A program made the position numbers and the translations under genes. From Octopus vulgaris (Eukaryota): 64,000 bases of DNA. This document shows positions 14,345-27,435 of this stretch, in pieces (positions within the stretch are counted from its first letter, which is position 1; each line of letters begins with the position of its first letter). The stretch spans positions 73,284,001-73,348,000 of the forward strand of contig OX597818.1 in assembly GCA_951406725.2 (NCBI GenBank), given 5' to 3'. Below the pieces are notes generated by a model. It had not been told where the DNA came from, searched no databases, and saw only the letters and a list, made by a program, of their open reading frames with translations.

Positions 14345-15130
14345 TATATTACATTACAGGAAAAAAGACAACAAAAAAACAAGGCAAGACATGTATCTTA
14401 AGTCATTTAGAATATTTAATTAGGGTTGAAGTCTTAGAGCTGATTCTGGGATATCTCAAGTGATAGGCTAGCATGTCCGTACACTGGGTTTTCCGTCATC
14501 AGAGATAAGGTGAGTATGTATAAATGACAGGGAAATTCACAGTCTATAACGAATAAAATATTAAGATAATAGATAGAAAAATAAAGAGTAAAGCAGTAGA
14601 TAGAAGAATACAGTCAAGAGAATAAAATTCACAGCTCATCTTTTTCCAGGGTGTATGGAGTTTAGTCCATACTTTCGTGAAGGTATAATGCCAGGTAAAT
14701 CCAGGCCCTTAGGTGTAATCCCAGGTAGTGTTTTGAATAGAATAGAATTAAGTCGTTAGCTAATATGAAAATGGTTCATGTAGGTATCTAAAGTGAGAAC
14801 AGATATCATGATAGACAGATATAGGTTGTGAGTGAGTGAATAAAAGAGAGAGGAGAAAGAGAGATAATAAACGAATGGGATAAGTGTGGGAAAGAATGAA
14901 TGAGTAGAAAGTAAGTAAAATTTAAAAAATAAAAATAAAGAGGAGATGCTAGTATTATTCTACGCAAGGCTCGGTTAGGGGTAATGTTAATGTTTGTTAA
15001 AGTGGTGGAGGAAGACCACTGAAATAAATTCTCTTTTGGAGCACACCGAACCTAGAATTCATCTATTTAATTAATAGGCAGTGGTCAGTAGGGATAGCTT
15101 AAGGTATAGTTAAAAGCAATAGTAATAATA
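14345..15130 (-). mobile_element. Inverted pseudo-LTR of the Penelope-like element at 19560-21550
   Basis: Reverse complement of ~20330-21550 once the SINE at 20521-20944 is removed, e.g. gcatgtccgtacactgggtttt (14471) vs aaaacccagtgtacggacatgc (21414) and agtattattcta vs tagaataatact. Confidence 0.8.
14432..14505 (-). ncRNA. Degenerate type-I hammerhead ribozyme motif in the pLTR
   Basis: Revcomp tct-CTGATGA-cggaaaacccag...cttgagatatccca-GAAT-cagctc-TA-aga; helix I tct/aga; GAAA mutated to GAAT. Confidence 0.55.
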
Positions 15131-15139
15131 TTAATAGTG

Positions 15140-15183
<44 letters not shown>

Positions 15184-18100
15184 CAGAGATTACGCCGGGG
15201 ACGTTAAACATGTGAGAGCGATAAAACAGCGCTCCGAAATCTATCCACAAACATCGAATACAAAGACATCATATGGAGCCAAAAATTTACTGACAAAGGA
15301 TTGGACTATATCCGAGTAAGTAATACCCATTGAAATTTATTACTATTTTCGAAACGAAATGATGTATTTTAACTCGATATCATCTCCACCTCGAACACAA
15401 CACATGTAAACATGCGCGAAACATTACGACCCATCAACACCAGATCACCTCCGACCCCAAACACAATGTACAAAAAGACTACGAAGAAATTAAATAACAC
15501 CGATATTATTCAACCCAAGAATAGCAATCGGGAAGTACGTACGTTAAACCTACAACATAAAATGTACGAAAAACTACACGTGCAAAACAATGTGACAACA
15601 GAAATGAACGGACCGGTACCCTACGAAAATGACGACCGTCAAAATAATGGGCCGGACGTTGTTCCTCATGTCCCGCAAATAAAACCCAAAAGACATAAAT
15701 GGACACGTGAGGAATACATTTCTATCCTACATGCTTATTTTACAGCAGTGCTCTACCCAAAGAATGAAAACACAACAACACATACATATAAGATATGGAA
15801 GGAAAACCACATAAATACAGACTTGGATACAGCAATGAACCCTAACAAACTAGCTAACGTACGAAGATACATTCTCAACGCAAAAAAATATCAGAAAATT
15901 ATCAGAAATAGAAATAAAACATCTAAAAGAAAAAAATACATCAGGAAAATGTAGATAGAAGCCACACAACAATGCCCAATAATATAAACAGTAAAACACG
16001 AAGACAAACGTAACATTCCCAACAAACACGATGTAAACAAAAAACAAGAAACCCAGACCGTAGGATGCATAATAATACACGACAAACAGCAAGTCAAAAC
16101 ACGACAAACAAACATACAAATAAGAAAGAAAACGACACAAATCTAAAACCTGGAAACAATGAAGGGGAGCCTAATGAATATGATAATATAAAAAGTGGAA
16201 TAAACAAAGAACTGAAAACCACAGTGCTCAAAATGGACCACCGACCATACCTCCCAAAAATCAAAATAGACGAAACAACAACACCAATTATAAACAGCAT
16301 AAACCTAGCCGTCACGGAACTAATAGCCACTGAAACAAAAAGCGATATCACTGAGCTAAATAACTTAGTATACGCAGCAGCCACTGCAGCCACAAGAGAA
16401 GCTGGATACTCACTCAAACCGGTCCAAACAGGAGTACCACCACCCAAACAAACCCCGTGGATAAATAACATCCAAAACAAAATACAAAAAATAAGAAAAT
16501 ATCTGTCGATTCTTAATGAAATCAGTAGACAATCAACGCTACTGAGCAACAAAAAGAAAACAAAAATACTCCGCAAATACAACATCACACAAAAAGATTT
16601 ACCTGAGATAAAAGAAAAGCTTAAGCAAGATATGCTTGCCAATGCACAAAGGATCCGCCGGTAAGAGAAACGCAAGCGTTTCTTTGAACAAATCAAAAAG
16701 TTCACCTCCAACCCCAAAAAGTTCTACCAAGAAATTGGCAAAAATAAAATAGAAATCACTGCAGCACCAACGGCAGAAGAAGTGGAAGAATTCTGGAGAG
16801 AAATATGGTCGGCGAACGAACAACCAAAAAAAAAGGAGTATTAAAACAACAAACTCAGCATCTGAGCAACTTTGGACCCCCATAACAACTGAAGAGGTCA
16901 CCCAGGCACTACAAAGACTAAGCAACTGGAAGGCACCTGGGCATGACAAGATCCCCAACTTCTGGTTGAAATATCTAACAGGAATGCACAAAAAGCTGGC
17001 TGAAAATTTTAACAACATACTAGCAGAGCCAGAGACAATGCCTGAACGGCTCACGAAGGAGAAAACCATCTTAATTCCCAAATCAAATGAGACAGCAAAA
17101 CCAGAAAACTACAGACTAATAACCTGTCTCCCTACGATGTACAAGGCATTTACTGCAGTGATAACGCAAAGATTGAACAAGCACCTAGATGAAAACAACC
17201 TGTTTCCAGAATAGCAGAAAGGATGCCGCAAAGGCTCATACGGCTGTAAAGATCAACTAATGATCAATAAAGCCATAACTGAAGACAGCCACAGAAAGAA
17301 GAAAGGCCTCAGTATGGCCTGGATCGACTACAAAAAGGCGTTTGATAGCATCCCCCACACATGGATCCTCGAAACACTAACCATTAACAAAGGAGCACCA
17401 ACAATTATAAAATTCATTGGGCACTCTATGAATAAATGGCAAACAGTTCCAAACGAAAGAGGGACTGATGAAAACCAAAGCCATCCCCATTAGAAGAGGA
17501 ATATTCCAGGGAGACACGCTCTCTCCACTCCTTTTCTGCTTGGCACTGTCACCTCTATCTGATATGCTAAATAGAACTGGATGCGGATATAAATGTTATG
17601 GCAAAACAATCAGCCACCTTTTATATATGGATGACCTAAAACTATACGCTGCAAATGACAAACAGCTGGAAACACTATTAAAGACAGTTCATGGATTTAC
17701 CAAAGAAATAGATATGAAATTTGGATTAGAAAAATGCGCCAAAGTAACCATGAAAAGAGGAAAACTAGTTAAGAAATAGATATGAAATTTGGATTAGAAA
17801 AATGCGCCAAAGTAACACTGAAAAGAGGAAAACTAGTTAAGAGTAGCAACATCACACTAGATAAAACCAATGAAATAAAAGAATTAGACCAAAGCCAAAC
17901 TTACAAATACTTAGGAATCCATGAACTAGATAAGACACAACACACACAAATGAAAGAGAAAATAAAAAAAGAATATTATAGACGAGTTAGATCAATACTA
18001 AAAACAGAGCTCAATGCTAAAAACAAGATAATATGTATTAACACTTTAGCTGCCCCAGTTATAAGCTACAGCTACAATATCCTTAACTGGACACTAAATG

Positions 18101-19437
18101 AACTGACCAAAATAGATAGGAAAACAAGAAAAATAATGACAGGATCTAGGATGCATCACCCAAAATCTGACAGAGAAAGACTATATATACAACGTATAGA
18201 AGGTGGTAGAGGCCTTATACAGCTTCAAAACTACTATAAAATAACCACCATAGGACTGCAAAAATATTTACTTCAGAAGGAAGGAAAATTGATACAAATA
18301 GCGGCAAAACACGAGCAAAACAAAAAACTGTTCTCAGTATTAAAGGAGGCTGACAAATACAAACAAGAAATCATACCACCTAAAAAATATGAAGAAGAAG
18401 AAGAAGAAGAAGAAGAAGAAGAAGAAGAAGAAGAAGAAGAAGAAGAAGAAGAAGAAGAAGAAGAAGAAGAAGAAGAAGAAGAAGATGATGATGATGATGA
18501 AGAAACAACAAAAGCTATAAAACAAATGAAATCCAAACTAAAAATAGAACAGCAAAGAACCATGATAAAACGATGGCAAGAAAACCCCCTTCATGGTAAA
18601 TACTGGACTAAACTAAATGCAAAAGAAATAGACAAAGAAAAATCCCAGCAATGGTTGAGAAGCTCAGGACTCAAAGCAGAGACAGAGGGAATTCTAATTG
18701 CAGCACAAGACCAAAGCCTCCCCACCAGAAATTACCAAAAACATGTAATGAAAGAAATATAACAAGTAACTGCAGAATATGTGGAGATGGACAAGAAACA
18801 ATAAATCATATTATCTCTGGCTGCCCAGTCCTGGCTAAGAAGTTATATATTCACAGACATGACAGAGTTGGAACCTACATACACTGGAAGCTATGCCAAC
18901 ATTATGGAATAACAACAGAAAAAAGATGGTATAGGCACACACCAGAAAAGGTCACAGAAAACGAGAAAGTAACCATACTCTGGGATATGCCGATACACAC
19001 AGATAGCGAAATTAAGGCCAACAGACCAGATATAGTTTTCAGAGATCACGAAGAAAAAACATGCTTTCTAATTGATGTATCAATACCGGCAGATGACAAC
19101 GTGTCTCTAAAGGAAATGGAGAAACTTTCATAATACAAAGACCTGGAAATAGAGGTAACCAGAATGTGGAATCTAAAACAGAAACAATTCCTATCATATT
19201 AGGTGCATTAGGCATGATAAAAAATATTCAGACAAATACATAACAAAAACACCAGGACTTACAAATACATATAACATACAGAAAATTGCACTTCTAGGCA
19301 CTGCACACATCCTAGGCAGAACACTTTCCATACAATAACCATCAGAGCATCACAACAAATCACAGCACATACCCAAGGTGCACAGAGCTGCGCGCGGTAG
19401 TGAAGTGAAAGCACGATATATAAAATATAATACTGAA
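15184..19437 (+). mobile_element. R4/Dong-type RLE non-LTR retrotransposon, near full length, frameshifted (family A)
   Basis: RT motifs NYRLITCL, WIDYKKAFDS, GIFQGDTLSPLLF, LLYMDDLK; CRIC-x5-ETINHIISGC zinc knuckle; RHD; RPDIV...LIDV RLE; (TAA)n on both sides (15141-15183, 19440-19530); ~68-bp tandem duplication at ~17705-17840. Confidence 0.95.
18391..18504 (+). repeat. In-frame (GAA)31(GAT)5(GAA)2 inside the retrotransposon ORF
   Basis: Poly-E/D run in ORF 17782-18762. Confidence 0.95.
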
Positions 19438-19462
19438 TGATAATAATATTAATAATAATAAT

Positions 19463-19533
<71 letters not shown>

Positions 19534-20520
19534 TGATGATGATGATGATGTTAATAATAATCCCCTATTGTAACACTAAACTTTAACTTGTCCACAAATA
19601 GTTCAGCACCATCCCTTTCCACAACTAACCTACTTAAGACAGATATCTGTAACTGCCAATCTGGGACCGACTCCCCGCTGCAAACAAATTGCTGAAGGTT
19701 AAACGTGGTATATAAATGCATTATCCACAACATATTACAGAATTCTATGAGTTATTATATTGGTTCTATTATTAATTTTTAACAGAGATATTCTGCAGAT
19801 CTAAACTCATTTAAATATGAGAAGCATAGCAAATCCAACCCCTTAGCCTACCGCATACATCATTTGATAAATAAGAAAATACGATAGAAAGTATCCTGGG
19901 CGATAATAGATTCTGGAGTTCCATACCAAGGCCAGCGCTCCATGAGTGGGCTCTGCCTGAAAGAAGCCCTTCAAATATTTATTCATAACTCACCACAATT
20001 GCTCAATAATCAACACGAAGCGACTCTATGCGACTCTATAGACACTATCGCACCTTTAGATTCCTCCATAGGCTCAAATGCAGGCAAAATCAACAAACAG
20101 AACACTTGCCTATATGCCTTCACGGTCGTTACAATATACGTACGATTTATTTTCTTTTCTTCTTTATAAACATAAGTATCTTATAAACTAGCTAGCTGCA
20201 ATAATCGTTTTTATTTTTTAAATTTTCAATTTTCTCATTTTTAACGGATAACCTTTAAAACATTTTTAATAGTTAGTCTTTAATTTTTATCCTGTATCAG
20301 TTTAATTGTATATTATCCTATATATCCTCTCTTAAGCTAGGCTCTATCTTAAGCTATCCCGACAGACTACTGAACTAAATTCTCTTTCTGACCACACCGA
20401 ACCTAGAATTTATCTAGAATTCAATCAGTAGACATAAATCCCTCCTCTTCCACTTTAGCAAAACCTTAACGTCTGACCTCTCACCCCTAACCGACCCTTA
20501 CATAGAATAATACTGGCATC

Positions 20521-20726
20521 TTTACTCTTTTACTTGTTTCAGTCATTTGACTGCGGCCATGCTGCAGCACTGCCTTTAGTCGAGCAAATCGACCCCGGGA
20601 CTTATTCTTTGTAAGCCCAGTACTTATTCTATCGGTCTCTTTTGCCGAACCGCAAAGTGAAGGGGACGTAAACACACCAGCATCGGTTGTCAAGCAATGC
20701 TAGGGGGACAAACACAGACACACAAT

Positions 20727-20772
<46 letters not shown>

Positions 20773-20944
20773 CATATATACGACAGGCTTCTTTCAGGTT
20801 CTGTCTACCAAATCCACTCACAAGGCATTGGTCGGCCCGGGGCTATAGCAGAAGACACTTGCCCAAGATGCCACGCAGTGGGACTGAACCCAGAACCATG
20901 TGGTTTGTTAGCAAGCTACTTACCACACAGCCACTCCTGCGCCT
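20521..20944 (-). mobile_element. tRNA-derived SINE with CORE-like box (octopus OR-type), young full-length copy
   Basis: Revcomp ggcgcaggagtggctgtgtggtaagtagcttgct...gggttcagtccc...ttgggcaagtgtctt, internal (TG)n/(TA)n, tail aagtaaaagagtaaa; possible TSD atcttta; absent from the matching inverted pLTR arm. Confidence 0.9.
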
Positions 20945-21400
20945 ATCTTTATTTTTTTACTTTTGTTTTTATTTATTTACGCTCTCATTCATTCTTTCCC
21001 CACAACTATCCCATTCCTTTCTTTTCTTTCTGTCTGCTCGCCTATTTACTCTCTCACAACCCATATCTGTCTATCATCATGTCTGCCTTTCTCACTCTAC
21101 ATCTCATGGACCATTTCCGTACTAGCTACCCACTTAATTCTATACCGCCAACATGAAAGCAACATTGAAAACATTGCCTGGATTTGCCTGGGACTATACC
21201 TAAGGGCCTTTAACTTCACGGAAGTACGGACCAACCTCCTTGCCCTCAGGAAGACGATGAGCTGTGGACTTTATTCTCCTGTCTGTATTCTTCTATCTGC
21301 TTCCTCTTTATTCTTCTCCCTACTATTTTATTCATTATTTTATTCCTTATAGACTGTGAATTTCCCTGTCTGAAAATTTCATTCATAAATACTCACCATA

Positions 21401-21474
21401 TCTCTGATGACGCAAAACCCAGTGTACGGACATGCTAGCCTATCATTTGGGATATTCCAGAAACAGATCTAAGA
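21401..21474 (+). ncRNA. Type-I hammerhead ribozyme motif in PLE pLTR (helix III degenerate)
   Basis: tct-CTGATGA-cgcaaaacccag...tttgggatattcca-GAAA-cagatc-TA-aga; helix I tct/aga. Confidence 0.6.
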
Positions 21475-21545
21475 CATCAACTTAGTCTAAGCATTCTAAA
21501 TGACTTGAGAGAGCTGTCTTGCCTTGGTTTTGTTGTCCTTTTCCC

Positions 21546-21584
<39 letters not shown>

Positions 21585-21651
21585 AAAGAAAATGTGAGAA
21601 CAAAGATAAGGCAGCGTGAAATTTCTAGGGCATTTATAAAGAGAAAGGTAG

Positions 21652-21697
21652 TTTTATAGCTCTTTCAGGGATGTGAGGGATATGCCTTCATCAAAGA
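21652..21697 (-). ncRNA. Degenerate hammerhead motif in a short (TA)n-anchored element (~21581-21800)
   Basis: Revcomp tct-TTGATGA-aggcatatccctcacatccct-GAAA-gagcta-TA-aaa. Confidence 0.45.
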
Positions 21698-21882
21698 CAA
21701 TATGAGAGAGTTAAATTGAGGAAAATAGTAGAGTTCAATATAAGAAGGTATTTTGGAAAGGGAGAGATATAGGAAGTATAAAGAGAAGTACGCACTGCAT
21801 TAGACTCCTTACTCACAGTATTATCGAAACGGGAGACTAACTACGGTCCTTCTGTAGCACTTATATCGCTCTACCTGTCAAG

Positions 21883-22160
21883 GCGCAGATTGACTACGTG
21901 GTAAGAAGCTTGCTACTCAACCGCATGTTTTCCGGTACAGTCGCGCTGCGTGGCACCTTCGGGCCAGGTATTTGTGTGTCTGTGTTTGTTCCCTCATCAT
22001 CTCTTGACAACTGATGTTGGGGAGTTTATGTCCCCGTAACTTTGCGGTTTTGCCAAAGGCACCCATAGAATAAGTAAGAAAAAGTACTGTTGTTGATTTA
22101 TTCGACTTTCAAAACCTCCAGTATGGGCGCAGCCCAGTGAATGACACAAGTAAAATAAAA
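21883..22160 (+). mobile_element. Degraded, internally deleted OR-type SINE
   Basis: ggcgcag...gtggtaagaagcttgct...ctgcgtggcacctt...cttgacaactgatgttgg...tccccgtaactt. Confidence 0.75.
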
Positions 22161-22183
22161 AAGTTTATATGCATACATACATA

Positions 22184-22223
<40 letters not shown>

Positions 22224-22881
22224 TATATATACACATACATACACTCAAACAGACACACGCACACACACATGTATATGTGTGTGTGAATACACTTATATAC
22301 GTATGGCAACACGTACGCTACCAGTGATCTCTATTTCTGTAATATAACAGTTGTTAAATAATATATGCTATATGAGCTTTTAAGGATCTTGGCACAGGAA
22401 CGCGGATTCGATATCAAAGATTTCATCACATACACACAGTATACAGTATGTACTGATTTGAAATCACTATTTAACAGACAAACAGAACTATTATGGCTTA
22501 CACAGCAACAATTAAACATTAGATGATAACAAATATACAATTCTTGAGTGTGAAGATGACTACATTAAAGGTTTATCTCTACTACCATAATTACAAATAA
22601 TTATATACCATCCGACACTTAATAGACAATCGTCAGCTTCCAATACAGTCTTAAACTAATAATTACTGCCTCAGAATAGATATAAATCACATTTATCACA
22701 CTGTCCACAATGCTTTACCAAAATGTCATTTCTTACCATTCCAATGTTAATCGAATTCTCTTATCGAAAAATTGTGCTGATAAAGCAAAAGGTATTTTAT
22801 TTCCAATAACAATTTGTTTAATGGTACATATACACAAACGTACACACACACGCACGCGCACATATATGGATAATTTATATT

Positions 22882-22945
<64 letters not shown>

Positions 22946-23440
22946 TATGTGTATGTATTTAACATGTGTGTATATTAATGTGTATGTGTGTTTGTCTGCT
23001 TGCATGTGTGTATGCATATATGCTTATGTGTATGCCAGTTGGCAGAATCAAAGTTGAGGATAGAACGTCATCTGGATTTTGGGCTAATGCGCTCCGGTTT
23101 CAATTCCATGTGACATGAACTTTATTTTTAATGGGTTTCGCGTTGATAGCAATAGTATTATTTCCAGTTTGGAATTGCTTATTCTTCCCTCATAATTTCT
23201 TATTCCCATTCTTTTTCCGTTTCTTTCTCCCATCCACTTTTTTCGTCTACCTTCCTCTCGTTTTTCTTGTGATTTCTTTTGTCTCATTGTCCTTATTTGT
23301 AACATGGGTAGCCCTTATACCTAGAGCCAGACGGTTGGTTAGTTAAGCTAGTGTGAGCGTTTGGCCAATCAGATTCGCAAGGAGCCATGACAGCTACGAT
23401 TTGTGGGTTCGATTCAGCCTGAGATTAGCTCATTATTAAA

Positions 23441-23668
23441 AAGGCGGCGAGCTGGCAGAAACGGTAGCACGCCGGGCGAAATGCTTAGCGGTAGTTCGTC
23501 TGCCGCTACGTTCTGAGTTCAAATTCCGTCGAGGTCAACTTTGCCTTTCATCCTTTCGGGGTCGATTAAATAAGTACCAGTTACGCACTGGGGTCAATAT
23601 AATCGACTTAATCCGTTTGTCTCTCCTTGTTTGTCCTGTTTAGCCCTTGTGGGTAGTAAAGAAACAGG
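23441..23668 (+). mobile_element. tRNA-derived SINE, young copy (central box resembles the Meta domain)
   Basis: aaggcggcgagctggcagaa...gagttcaaattcc (B-box-like)...gcctttcatcctttcggggtcgat...aagtaccag; a partial copy follows at ~23744-23862 and other copies occur across the window. Confidence 0.85.
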
Positions 23669-24201
23669 TTGGTTGGTTAAGCTATACGCACGCACACACA
23701 CACACACAAACACACACATAAACAGGCACACACACACAAACTCTACGTTCTCAGTTCAAATTCAGCCGAGGTCGACTTTGCCTTTTATCCTTTCGGTGTC
23801 GATAAATTAGGTACTAGTTCCGTCACACCCCAAATTTCAGGACTTGTGCATATAATAGAAAAGCATATTGTGACAGTTGCAGAATATAGAAAGAAGTGTA
23901 AAACCGATAACTATATAATCCAACCAAAATACTTTAGTTATGCAAACGTAAACAGAATTATTATTTACCCTTAAAATATATCATACGTATTCAGAGAAAC
24001 CTTGGTTTAGTGGTATGGAATGTTTTTCTCGTTTACTTTTATTCTTTCACTTCTTTCAGTCGTTTATCGGTGTACATGCTTGAGCACCACCCATCAGTCG
24101 AAGGAAGTGACCCCTGTAAACCAGGTGCTTATTTTATTTGTCTCTTTTCTGAACAGCTAAGTCACAGGAACGCAAATACACACACGCATAAGTATATATT
24201 T

Positions 24202-24325
<124 letters not shown>

Positions 24326-24858
24326 TATGATGGGCTGGGCTTGGAGGTAATGGTGATGCTGGTTGGTGCGATTTTGTAGTTTGCTGGTATGCCGAGAAAG
24401 ATCAAGCTCTCTTTCTCATATTTTCTAAGTACAGCTGCTATTGCTCTTGACGCATGCCTTCTCGATTCTGTTGATCTCTATCTCTCGTATTTAAAAAAAA
24501 AGTACTTCTCTTTCGTCCTGGCTCATTTTTTCTGTCCTTTACTGATTTCTTTCCCGCTTATGCTGTAGGATATTTTCCCTCTCCCTATTTCCTTTCTTCT
24601 CTGTCTCATCCTCGATTTTGATTCCTTATATCCAGCCGCTGTTCCTCGCACAACCGTTCTTTCCTATGCTGGTGCTCCAGATTGATTCAGAGTGTTTCAG
24701 TTGAAAAACGTATATGAATGTATTAGGCAGATTTTGTATAAAGGTGAAAGTTTTTTTCTGAAATACTCACCTAATATGCAAGGACGCAGTATATAAGTTA
24801 TTGTAATAGGTTGTATTGTAGGAAAGTAAAAAGTAAAGGGGCAAATAGGATTAATATA

Positions 24859-24960
24859 TGTTTGGCTCTATGAATTTAATTTTTTAAATTAATGTCCGGT
24901 TCGATGAATTTAGTTTTTTAAATTAATGTTCGACTCTATGAATTTAATTTCTTAAAAAGG
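24859..24960 (+). repeat. Three tandem 34-bp units within a ~200-bp segment repeated at ~25387-25545
   Basis: Units begin tgtttggctctatgaattta (24859), tgtccggttcgatgaattta (24893), tgttcgactctatgaattta (24927). Confidence 0.75.
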
Positions 24961-26006
24961 ATTTCATCAATTGCTTCATACAAGAAAAAAGAAATTGGTA
25001 AAATCCTGACCAAACAGAGAAATTCTAACAAAACAAAAAATATAGAAAGAGAAAATTGCGTTTATTTCCACAACGCAAGACTTATCACACACACACGCAT
25101 ACGGACAACCATACATTCATATATATAGAGAGAGATTTCGATACTTCGAACATATCTTCACATCTTTCGAATAATGGATTTGCTCGCAAGATATAAACAT
25201 TTATGAGAGTAGTGGCATTCCCTCTATAGAGTCTTTCAATGTGTGTGTATCTTTTAGTTTTTGTTTACTCATGCACATCAAGGAATGAGCTGACTGAACA
25301 ACTGTGTGGTTGTCCAATTTGCTACAATTAACAGCCAAATCTCTCTCATACTATGCTCTTGTTAGTATTACGGAAAGGTAAAAACAGGATTAATATATTT
25401 CATTTTGTTCGGCTATATTAATTTAATACTTTTTAAAAGCTTTCGTCCATTACTTGATGCAAGAAAAAAATTGGAACACTCCTGACCAATACAGAGAAAC
25501 TGTAACTTAACAAAAATATAGAAAGAGAAAGAAAAGTTGCATTCGAAAGCCAAAAGATGGTTTTTAAAACAAATTCAAAAATTAAATATCTGGTTTATGG
25601 CCGAATTCAAATGGGTAGATGTCCTAAAACAAATGTGTGTGTATGAGTTCATGTGTGTGTGTGTTTGTGTGTGCGTGTGTGTGTGTGTGGCTAGGCCTTT
25701 AAAAACCAGGGGTCAATAACAGTTCAATCGTAGAAAGGAATTCAAATAATTATCATCTGCACCCTATCACTCTTTCTCTTTCTCTCTCACTTCCTCTCTG
25801 CCTTGCTTGACCCACACCTCAAATTTAAGTATCTTAATTTTCTCATTAAGATCGTTGTTGCATCGGTGGTTGTTTCAAATCTCTTCCAGAAATTACTAGA
25901 AAGAGATCTAGCTAAATATTTTATTTAAGCAGCAAATTTTCTTTCAAAACTTTCTTTCTCTTAAGCGTGACACACGCGTCAGGTACGTACGAAAAACTAA
26001 TTGGAA

Positions 26007-26097
<91 letters not shown>

Positions 26098-26098
<1 letters not shown>

Positions 26099-27238
26099 TA
26101 TGTTTGACTTTTGCTTTATGTCTGTACAAGTTGGGTCCAAGTCTCACCCAGAGACCTCAAGAGACAACAGGTTGGAAGTTCACGTTGTTGTTATGCCTAG
26201 TGTGCCATATATTTGGTGTTGTACTTGTGAATGTGTAATACATAAAAAAAAGTTTGTTTTAAACCTTGGGATTACATAGAGAGTATTTTGCTTAGGATAT
26301 GAGCAGTTCTCATGATCACTATCTTTTGAATTTCTGCCATTTTGGGGTTTCCTGGTATCTGAATTAGGTAGCAATCAGTCCCTTTCGCTATCATTCCTAG
26401 GGCACCTATGACAACAGGTATTGTTTTAGTCTTCAGTTTCCACATTTTGCTGATTTCTATTTCAAGGTCTTTATATTTGCTCAGTTTTTGGTAGGTCTTG
26501 ACAGATACGTTTATATCGTTTGGGACCGTCATATCAATGAGGAGGCATGTTCTTTGTCTGAAGTCTTTCAATATAATGTCTGGCCTATTTGCATCTATCG
26601 TTCTGTCAGTTTGAATGGTGAAGTTCCAGAGCAGTGAGATGTGGTCATTTTCCAGCACTGGAAGTGGATTGTGTTCCCACCAGTTTTGTTTCATGGGGCA
26701 AATCCAGGTTTTTGCAAATTAACCAGTGAATATATTGTGCAGCTCTATCATGCCTGTTGAGGTACTCTGTAGGCACTAGAAGACTGCATTTGGAGACAAC
26801 ATGATCAATGGTTTCATTTTCTTGTCGGCATACACGACATGTTGGGCTACTGCCGTTCTTTAATATGTTGGCCTGGTAGTTTCTTGCTGGTAGGCATTGA
26901 TCTTGGGCTGCTATGATAAACCCCTCTGTTTCAAATTTTAAGCCAGAGGCCATTAGCTATTTATTGGTCAGGACTTTGTCAACATCTGCATTATTCGATC
27001 TCTTTGGGTATTTGCTATAGAGAGGTTTTCTTGCCATTTATTATTCAGAATATCTAAGGCCGCAGTTTTGGCACGGGTTTTCATGAGCCTAGCATTTTTT
27101 GTGCTTGTTTCTTGTGTGCCTATATCTAATTCCGAAATTGGTTGTATTCGAAATTCACTTAGATATTCCTTTGCCTGTTTTGTTACTAATGCTTTCTTGT
27201 TTTCATGTTTTGAGACAGGTTTTAACATCCAGTTTTAA

Positions 27239-27240
<2 letters not shown>
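26098..27240 (-). mobile_element. 5'-truncated R4/Dong-type element (distinct family)
   Basis: SGLKFETEGFIIAAQDQ, CRVC-x5-TIDHVVSKC, RHD, NRPDII...LLIDM, IPVVIGALG; (TAA)n tail at 26008-26097. Confidence 0.92.
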
Positions 27241-27269
<29 letters not shown>

Positions 27270-27315
27270 GTCATCATCATCATCATCGTCATCGTCGTCG
27301 TCGTCGGCATCATCC

Positions 27316-27348
<33 letters not shown>

Positions 27349-27435
27349 CCACCACCACCACCACCATCATCATCATCATCCCCACCACCACCACCGACAC
27401 CACCATCATCATCATCATCATCATCATCATCATTC

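Larger units (their letters stand above)
19560..21550 (+). mobile_element. Penelope-like element 3' portion: GIY-YIG endonuclease remnant plus pLTR
   Basis: Decayed NVVYKC...YYIGS...F*QRYSA.LNSFKYEKH and C-terminal LCLKEALQI (19700-19980); HHR motif in the pLTR; ends at (TA)n (21551). Confidence 0.8.

Noticed and set aside
23441-23530. tRNA genes in SINE heads
   Set aside because: A/B-box-like motifs are followed by SINE bodies and no full cloverleaf forms.
24859-24960. CRISPR-like array
   Set aside because: Contiguous tandem units without spacers, eukaryotic context, no cas genes.
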